Shown here: positions 55,740-64,000 of the stretch, in pieces
Numbering within the stretch: position 1 is the first letter of the stretch
Layout of the letters: each line of letters opens with the position of its first letter
Assembly (NCBI GenBank): GCA_010093745.1
Contig: MU005985.1
Span: 62,001-126,000 of the forward strand
Direction of reading: 5' to 3'
Length of the DNA: 64,000 nt
From: Piedraia hortae CBS 480.64
Lineage: Eukaryota
Notes under the pieces: model-generated
Database searches by the model: none
What the model saw: only the letters and a program-made list of their open reading frames with translations
What the model was told of the DNA's origin: nothing
Position numbers and translations under genes: made by a program

Positions 55740-56987
55740 ATGCCATCTCACGCTCTCGTTATTGGAGCCATGGCTCTGGCTATTGCCTCGACTGCTGCTC
55801 AGCTACCATCATACTGCGGCACTTGTCAGTCGTTTGGCGTCGACTTTCTCGACCAGGGCAGCTACTTTCAGGATTCAACTTCCACCAACAACTTTACTGC
55901 TGTGCAAGAGTTCCGCGGCTGCGACTCGGATGTCTCCAACAACATTCTGGTTCTGCCAAACGGTGATCAGCTTGAGTGTGGCGACACCCCGATCAGTCCA
56001 GACGATACCCTGCAGCCTCTCTCGTGCCCCATTACCAAGAACCAGCTGACCTCGGGCGACTATTCGTTGCTCGTCATCTCCAACAATGGCCAATGCAATC
56101 CCATTGACTACATGCGGGAATTCCACATTGATGTCGGCACACAGACGACAACGACGGTCAGCCCGACCATCATCATCACCGTGTCCTCTACTCCAATCGT
56201 GAACACCACAGTAACTGTCGATACGACAATCACATCGACGGCTCCACCATCAACGACGTTTACTCCCTCGGCTACCATCTGCCCGACCATCACCGTCCAT
56301 CCCGTTCCCGTCATCACCGTGGTGCAGGCGGCCCGCCGCACCATCACCCTAATGCATAGGCCCTATTATACCGTGGTTGCCACGCAGACAAAGTCGGTTT
56401 CCCCCAGCTGCGTAACGCCTCGCGGGCACGCCCAAAAGGCGGATCCTCGAGCGACCATCAAGGCCACTATCCCGATCAGGGCCAGCGTCGGCCGCCGTGC
56501 GGAGCCTACGCCAGCCGGCCGCAGCGGCAGCACCGAGTTCAAGCGCGCCATCATCGCCGGCCGTGCCGTGGCTCCCGAGGTCAAGGCTGCCTTTCTCGCC
56601 GAGCGCAGTGCCCGTCTCGCCTCATCTCATGAGAAGCGCAGCCCTGACGATCGCACTGTTCGCTTCACGGACCTGCAGGCGACATCCACCGTATCCGTCT
56701 ACACGACCTCCACGCTGCCCCCAAGCACCTTTACCGGAACGACGACGCTTGTGCACACGTTCACCACGACGCCCACCATTACCGTCAAGAGCGGCGTCTA
56801 CGTTACCGCCACTACCGTTACCGCTCCCCGCCAAACCGTCACAAAGACCTATTGGGTTCCAGTCAGCATCTACGTTGCTCCCGACGCCACCGTCAAGGCT
56901 ACCCTCACCGTCACCCGCACCAGCGCAAACCCAGCTGCTGTCACCTCGTGCGCGCGCCAAGGTGGAAAGTTGGTGTATTCGTCATAA
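55740..56987 (+). CDS. Secreted protein with a Cys-containing N-terminal domain and Thr-rich regions, function unknown, 415 aa
   Basis: Signal peptide, then CQSFGVDF..GSYFQD..FTAVQEFRGC..LVLPNGDQLEC..SGDYSLLVISNN, Thr-rich stretches and dibasic RR/KR sites. Confidence 0.8.
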   Translation: MPSHALVIGAMALAIASTAAQLPSYCGTCQSFGVDFLDQGSYFQDSTSTNNFTAVQEFRGCDSDVSNNILVLPNGDQLECGDTPISPDDTLQPLSCPITKNQLTSGDYSLLVISNNGQCNPIDYMREFHIDVGTQTTTTVSPTIIITVSSTPIVNTTVTVDTTITSTAPPSTTFTPSATICPTITVHPVPVITVVQAARRTITLMHRPYYTVVATQTKSVSPSCVTPRGHAQKADPRATIKATIPIRASVGRRAEPTPAGRSGSTEFKRAIIAGRAVAPEVKAAFLAERSARLASSHEKRSPDDRTVRFTDLQATSTVSVYTTSTLPPSTFTGTTTLVHTFTTTPTITVKSGVYVTATTVTAPRQTVTKTYWVPVSIYVAPDATVKATLTVTRTSANPAAVTSCARQGGKLVYSS

Positions 56988-59293
56988 ATCTCTTTGCAGT
57001 CTCTTGACGTTTAGATTTTTTTTTCTTGTATATATGTACGAGGGGTACAGTCTCGATGTGGTGGGGATGAAGTTGAGGAAAAGCTGTTTTTATGATATAA
57101 TCAATGACGCTCTCTCGATTAAACATCTTCTCTTCCAGTGACTGAGAGCCCTTTTTTTTTCGTGAGACCTTTTGGCAAATTTTGTTTGTAGACGTCTTCC
57201 TCACCGTATGCACTTTCGTTAAGCAACACTTTAAACTTAGGGCGCATTCGGTTAGCCTCTTTAACCAATTTTAAAGCGCTTTGAAAGCTTAATGCGTCAC
57301 CAAAATTAAATGCATACTCAATATCGAATCGCTTTAAAGAGGTTTGAGGAGGCCAACTGAACGCACACCTAACAACACCACACTGTGTTATTCCCTTCGC
57401 GGACACGAGAGCCTCGACCTCGGCATAAATTTGCTATAGCCTTAGAGGTGGTAAATTTAAGGACTTGCAGAAGAAGTACCCACTTCCGTCCCTGTAGTGT
57501 GATGCTGCGATCCGCCAGAAGAGTGTAGCTCTTGCGTAAAGACCTTAGGCGAGATGTGGTGTTCCGTTCCAGAGTCGGATTTTAAAGGAGCATAAGCTAA
57601 TTCATGATAAACACGATGTTTGAGAGGACGTGATACATAACAGGCGGGTTATGTACGTGGCAACGCAAGAGGTCTTTTTCGGGTGTCGGGGGGTTTTTTT
57701 TTTCGTGTCGGTGGTTTCCGGTATTGGGGCCTGTGTCGCAAGGGAGTTGTAATCTCCCACGGGGCGGAAAGGGCGCTGAGCGGTTTGGTTTTTGAGCGAT
57801 GTTTTGTCAATTTTGTCATGTCTGTGATTGCCAGGATTTGGACATGGGTTTTGAGGGAAGTTTACTACCATGAGCCGTCCGCAAGAAAACGCGACTGGTA
57901 AACAACTGGAATCGTCGCATGCGCAAGGAAGGTCTTGGTAAAATTTGGGTGGTGAATAGCTGTGTAAGGATCTGCAAATTAGGGCAAAATGACACACGAA
58001 TTGAGTAAGGGGTGTTGCGTGAGAATTTCGGAGGCATGCCATCTTGGAGAAGAAGAAGAAACAGTTGAAAATAGTTGTGTGAACGAGGTTTTTGAAATGC
58101 TAGTGAAAATGGGAAAGGCTTGTAGTGAGTCTTTTCGATGTTTTTTGTTCTAGGCGGAGATTTTTGGTTGAAAAGCTAGCACTATCGTTTTCTTATTTCC
58201 TACTGGATGGGCGTGACTCCTGTCATTCGTGATTGGTTTTGGAGAGCTGGACACCTGGAGAATACTGTGATCTTCCTACTCTGTGATGCCGTCTCACACA
58301 AAGTACGTCGGTCTTCCCGCTGGGATTCTCGACAAAACAGCTCGATGTTATACTTTCTCTTGGATGGCATTTCAACATAAACTTGGTGTCGGGTCATTGC
58401 GTGCGTTCGGATATTTTCACCAGATTGAAGGAACTAATACTATCGCAACACTCTGGGCCTTGTAGCGCTTTGCAACTCTTCACGAATCGAAGTATAACAT
58501 GAAACTTGGCATAAGGTTCGTTTCAAACTTGCATGGATTTCTCTATCTTATAAAATATCAGAGTCTGATTCCGGTGACTGCAGGGAATACTGTCAACTCA
58601 CAAGCTGCCACGTTTACTAGCTCCGTAGTGTTGCACCCACCCACGAGAATTCATGCATGGTGTGGCTGAATTCCACTTGCAGCGCCCCTAGTTAGGCGAG
58701 ACCGATATCGCTGTATGTGTGCCCAACGTGGGGGCTCATGTAAGTGTTCTCTACAATCACGACTTTATCTTTAGCTGGGTAGTCAGGCAGCCAAACACAT
58801 CCACGAAATTGTCGGCGAATTTTTTGACGCGATATGAAAGTTGCTTCCCTCCCGAACCACAATCGCATTCCCACTGCCGTGACCCACCTGGGCCAAATAT
58901 CTCCACATTGCCGGAGGTAGCATCGCCAAGGTATACAAACTTTCACGATGTGCGGCGGATTTTGTCGCTTAACTGGCCGACAATGCGCAGCGGTGTTAGA
59001 CCACGACTCTGACGAGGGTTCTCTTCTCGGAGAGGCAGCGACCAAAAGTCGCTTCGGCGGCAAGCTACGACGAGCGGGACGTTTCAGCTGTCAAAGTGGA
59101 AAGAAAGAAATCATATACAGTAGATAGTAGAGTGAATGCCTCTAGATCTATATCTTCTTGGAGGAAACCCTCCTGACTGAAGTGAGGTCTTTATCTTCAA
59201 CTCCAATCACATATTCATCTCCATCGGGTTTCTTCAACTTCACCGCAAGTGGCAGACTTCTGACATCAGCGGGTGTACTCATCGCCCGACAAT

Positions 59294-59683
59294 TTAAATC
59301 AGCCAAGCATATCGCCCTTCAGGTACAGTAGAGGGATGATGGCGATGCGTTTGAGATAGAGTGAACCCCACGTCTGCACCAGCGTTGGGGGCTTTGGGCC
59401 TAAAGAACGCCCCTAGATGCGTCTGCTCCGTGACGTTTCCCCACTGGTCCGTCAAGAACGCACCGATACTGCCGGGCTTTTCAGCTCTCTTCGCGCGGGC
59501 GTCCTCTTCGAGCATCTTCATTGCCTTTATTGCCCGTGCCTCCCGCGCCCTGACCGCCTCCGTTCTCTCTGCCAGATCGACGTCCCGCTCAAGACGGCGG
59601 CGGACTTGCTCGGACATCGCGGGCTGGCCACAAGCGCGGTGGCGGGCCTTGGCCTGGCGACTCGTCAGAGATGGGATCGGCAT
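59294..59683 (-). CDS. Small basic coiled-coil protein with a PIP-box-like motif, 129 aa (possibly truncated)
   Basis: ATG at 59683, a charged helical segment (EQVRRRLERDVDLAERTEAVRAREARAIKAMKMLEE) and QTHLGAFF. Confidence 0.5.
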   Translation of the reverse strand: MPIPSLTSRQAKARHRACGQPAMSEQVRRRLERDVDLAERTEAVRAREARAIKAMKMLEEDARAKRAEKPGSIGAFLTDQWGNVTEQTHLGAFFRPKAPNAGADVGFTLSQTHRHHPSTVPEGRYAWLI

Positions 59684-61540
59684 CGGTTGCGACTTTTTTT
59701 TGGGTGTCAGGAAAGCGTGAAAGTGGGTAGAGTATACGTGAAATGAGGGATGTTTCCCAAGTGCGCCAAGCCTTGGCCGGGGTTGAAGACGCCGCCCGAC
59801 GTCGGTCGATTGAGAACGATTGTTTCGATAGGAGGGCAAACACTTTCGAATCTCTTACCAGCCCAGCCATCCACACCCGGCGCTGATTGTTGATCTTGAA
59901 TGTCGCATCATGTTTTCATGCCGTGCTTCTAAAGACCACAAAATAGACATCGCCTGCGCCACTGTGGTATCCTTTGGGGCTCTTCTGTAACCAGGCTTTC
60001 GGAGAGCGGCGATGATGTTGAGTGGTCTTTGGTATAGTCTTGACGCAGCAACGTCCCTGCGATACTGGGCACCCGCAGTTTTGCTGTAGGATGCGTTGCG
60101 CTGGCTAGCATACGGCCTCGTTGCCGTACGAGCCTGGTGGGTTCACTGCTCTGCCGCTATTCGTACATTGTCGTCCTGCTTCCTGCTCATCATCCTCTTG
60201 GGCGTCTTCCGTAAGCTTGAGTTCTTGGTCAGCCAAGGCAGTCTTGATTAGGTTGACGAAAATTTGTCGCAAGTCTCGTCGATCCATCTAGGTCCTTTCT
60301 GCGCGACCAAAAGCCCGCTGAATTATGAGGCCCGCATAACAGCCCGCCATGACTCGCCGCCGGTTCCAGGAGCGAGGACAGCCAAGCTCTTCCACCGCGC
60401 TGCCATGGGGACTGAAAATCGCCCGGCTCATAGCTGTCGGAAGGGGAAAAGAAAAAAAAAAAACAAATCATGCCTCTCCAATCTAACAAATGATGATGCT
60501 TGTGATTCAGTGACAGTAGAAGAAGGGAAAGGGAGGGTTGATTTGTGTGCCAAGATAGCCCCACATTGCGGCACCACCCGCACCGCATCCGCCAAGACTA
60601 CGCGACGTCATTTTCCTCGGGGAAACATTCTCGTTGAGGTTGGAACAACATTCCTACACAGCCGAAGGAGAGTACCTTGTAGAGACATGGGTGGGGCTGC
60701 GCGTAAGATATGTGGCACCATGTGCTCTTGCTTGACGCAAGACTTTTAGAAATCATAGTGTTTGATGAAAATTGTTGAGGGGTTAACAACTGAGGTTATA
60801 GTTTCGTAACAGGACTTCTAGTTGAATAGTTTAACCTCGTCGCGATGTTTGTCATGGAGGGATCTTCACGGACAACGAGTTGGGTGAAAGACAGCTCTTT
60901 GATGAACCGGAGTGGAATGCATAGGAGCGGACTTTGTTGTAGAACTATGTTTGTCTACAAGGCATATTGTACAGGTGGAAATTTTGTGTCATTATTCGTA
61001 GTATGATAGATACGACTTCGCATTGCCTGCCAACTTTTGTATAGTTGTAGTCTGACAGGAAAGACTTGAGTCATTTGGAGATCTTTGAGTCAGGGCATCT
61101 ATACATGACCTTGGTCAACTTCCGTCTGCTTGGCATGCTCTAAAGCTTAGCCTCCAACGAAATCAATGGTTCTTGATCTGGGAGGGCAAGTTCGACTTTC
61201 AGCATGGGGGTACCCCTACCGCTGAACTCAGCGGGCCCAAGCCATTACGCAACTGCTTCTTCTTAGCTGCACTCAATGCAAGCCGTTCCTGATCATTTCG
61301 TCTGGATTGTCCCTCTTCTTTTCCTCACGTCCTTGACACCTTCATCTTACCGCATCCGATCCCGGATCATCCAAAGCCTCAAAGATAGGACCAGTATATT
61401 CGCAGAATGCATATCACCTCTCAATCAACAGCATCACATTCCACTCCATTTATATCACCATCCCTCCAACTCACATCTATGTACAATTAAAAACCTCCGC
61501 CAAGAAAACGCTGTCCCGTGTTCCTGCTGCATGATGCCAT

Positions 61541-61586
61541 CCTGCTTCCTGCTTCCTGCTTCCTGCTTCCTGCTTCCTGCTTCCTG
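61541..61586. repeat. Heptamer tandem repeat (CCTGCTT)x6 plus a partial unit
   Basis: Directly visible. Confidence 0.95.
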
Positions 61587-63032
61587 ACAACATTCCCGAA
61601 CGTCCATGCTGACCTACCATCTACGGCCATCAAGACCCCCCATCCTGATACCATGGCAACTTGGACAGTCGTACTATCATAACAGCTCAACCCCTTATGC
61701 TGTGCCGACAAAGAACCCTCCACAGCTACAGAATGTCCCGATGCCATCATGTCCCTACGCGCCCAGTCTGCAATGGTGCCCGATGAGCCAACACGGTAAT
61801 CCAGGAGAGTGCAATGTAACGAATCCGGTTTGGCAATGGGGCAACATGCACCTGCATTCGTGCCATCACGTGGGCAGATCCCTTCTCGCCCTAAAGACGC
61901 CCGGCCGTCCACGCCAGGTATGCACACCACGCACTCTCATCATCGCCCCTTCAAAGGGTGAAAATCGGTCAGATATGCCCCTTCATGATGCCTATCTTCC
62001 TGACGACATCCAGCTACCCTGGTCTTTTGCATGTAACATGTTGTCCGCCTACCGCAGGTGCATAGATCCACTTATCGTTTTCTCGGGCCTGGCGCCGCAC
62101 TTTTTGAAAACTCAAGCTAACAGAGGGTATGATGCTGACGTAGGGTGTAGAAGACCGTTGATGGCCCGATGAATAGCGAAGGTGTCTTGCGATCGTTTCA
62201 CGGGTCAACTCTGCTGCCGACGACATTGCCTGGTTGGTATACAAAGGTGAGTTACCTGCTTCGGTTCGGTTTTTCCCAGCGACCATGACAACATCACGGT
62301 ATTGCTCATCTGATCGTGAGTTGGGTTGATAATTCCCTGCCATTTCATGCATGGTAGGCTATGTGAATTGGCTGGCGAATAACCTACCAGTCTCACTACA
62401 TGATCTCTGTCTCATAGCAATCTGAAGGTTAGGACACCTGTCATTCTGATGCTGAGCCTACATGCCCAGAAGAGGCTCTGCAACGCCCCAGGTTATAGGC
62501 TGTACTTGACAAGAATTAAAGCCCACGACATTGGAATTTAGATTAACGGTAGGTGTAAATAGCTACCTGCCAACGAAGATAAGCTCTCCTGGATCGTCAC
62601 GGCCAGGTTGATCCAACCGGGCCTCATGACAACAAGAACTCTCAGGAGCAGTACCCCAAAAAGGTCGCTCTAGGCGTCAGACGGCCTCGCTTCCCTCATG
62701 GTCAACTTTTCCTGGCCCATTGAGGTTGTAGCAGCCACATAATAGAACCACCGAGTGGCCAGGGCCAGGTGACGGTGCAGTTCACAAGGAAGTTACGATT
62801 CTTCCACCTATCATACGTAGAGTTTTAAAACCGCTTAGCCAGTTCCTAACCACGCCTTCCCCAGCGTGAGAAGAAACACGTCGAATGCCTATCACACCCC
62901 CGACGTAATCCATTTCAGTACTAAAATGGAGTTCCCCGCGTCTTAACAATTACATCACCCCCTCCCAACCCCACTATTAAGACGCTGCGTCAACCCCACC
63001 TACCCCACCCTCCGACATCGGCCCCTTCCAAC

Positions 63033-63069
63033 CAAAAAAAATCAAAAAAATCAAAAAAATCAAAAAAAA
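63033..63069. repeat. A-rich tandem repeat (CAAAAAAAT)n upstream of LEU2
   Basis: Directly visible, about 4 units. Confidence 0.85.
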
Positions 63070-63095
63070 GAAAACCCATCTTGCCAACCACCAAA

Positions 63096-64000
63096 ATGCC
63101 AACCTACAAGATCGTCGTCTTCGGAGGCGACCACTGCGGTCCCGAAGTACTTGTCCCCCCCCAAAAACCCCGCACTCCTAACAAATCAGGTCACAACCGA
63201 AGCCCTCAAAATCCTCACAACTCTCGAACGCACCACCGCCCTAACCTTCAATTTGGACAAGCAACTCCTCGGCGGGGCCTCAATCGACGCGACGGGCGAG
63301 CCGCTAACAACCTCCGCACTCTCCGCCGCAAGAAACGCCGATGCAGTCTTGCTGGGCGCGATCGGGGGTCCGGAATGGGGGACCGGAAGCGTACGCCCTG
63401 AACAAGGCTTACTAAAACTCCGCAAAGAGATGGGTACTTTTGGGAATTTGAGGCCGTGTTTCTTCCCTTCTGAGGGGTTGGTCGAAACGAGTCCGCTCAA
63501 GGCGGATGTATGCAGGGGGACAAATTTCATGATCGTGCGGGAGTTGACAGGGGGTATATACTTTGGGAATAGAAAGGAGGGGGATCAGGAGGCGTATGAT
63601 ACGGAGGTGTATGCAAAAGAAGAGGTGGAGCGGGTTACGAGGTTAGCGGGACATTTGGCCATGGCGGAGGAGCCGATAAAAGATGTGATTTCGCTGGATA
63701 AGGCGAATGTTATGGCTACGAGTAGGTTGTGGAGGAAGACGGTTGACGAGGTGATGCAAAAGGAGTTTCCAAAGGTCAAGGTGAGACATCAGTTGATTGA
63801 TTCGGCGGCGATGGTGATGGTTACGAATCCGAGGGCATTGAATGGGGTGATTGTTACGAGTAATCTGTTTGGGGATATCATTAGTGATGAGGCCGCGGCG
63901 ATTCCGGGCTCGCTGGGCTTGTTGCCGAGTGCAAGTTTGGGGGGTATCCCTGGGGAAGGGAGGTGTGTTGGAATTTATGAGCCAATTCATGGTGGGTTTT
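63096..64000 (+). CDS. LEU2: 3-isopropylmalate dehydrogenase, 3'-partial, intron 63147-63189
   Basis: IVVFGGDHCGPE|VTTEA..LLGGASID..LLGAIGGPEWG..RPEQGLLKLRK..NLRP..VRELTGGIYFG..LDKANV..DSAAM..NLFGDIISDEA..SLGLLPSAS..YEPIHG. The gene runs off the right edge. Confidence 0.96.

Noticed and set aside
61541..61586. CRISPR-like or telomeric array
   Set aside because: It is a simple spacer-less heptamer repeat in a eukaryote and is not TTAGGG.

Overview
This is eukaryotic DNA from a filamentous ascomycete (Pezizomycotina) with a compact, intron-poor genome. Most introns are 43-65 nt with GT..CTAAC/CTGAC..AG signals. I can support about 29 protein-coding genes and one intron-containing tRNA-Ser(GCT). 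In order, the window holds: a 5'-partial alpha-1,3-glucan synthase divergent from a GH13 alpha-amylase; NCS6; a Pho85-type cyclin; a decayed Helitron Rep relic (about 12.4-14.6 kb); a membrane lectin-like protein; an NRAMP transporter; a spliced Cys/His-rich microprotein; GUT1; MRPL27; UTP14; a HUL5-type HECT ligase; ADI1; epsin; mitochondrial S7; a conserved unknown protein; GH76; a GPI protein; STN1; a RIB2-type deaminase; a CE3 esterase; a PQ-loop transporter; two tandem laccases; a citrate carrier; MCU; a secreted Ser/Thr-rich protein; a small PIP-box protein; and a 3'-partial LEU2. I found no clear novel multi-gene system. The most interesting signals are the Helitron relic, a recurrent C-rich to G-rich compositional switch inside genes, a probable internally cleaved two-part mitochondrial S7 precursor, two outlier-length introns with internal acceptors, a roughly 100-aa insertion in the HECT domain, and very short tandem intergenic gaps. 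Family calls come from recognising motifs by eye, not from database searches.
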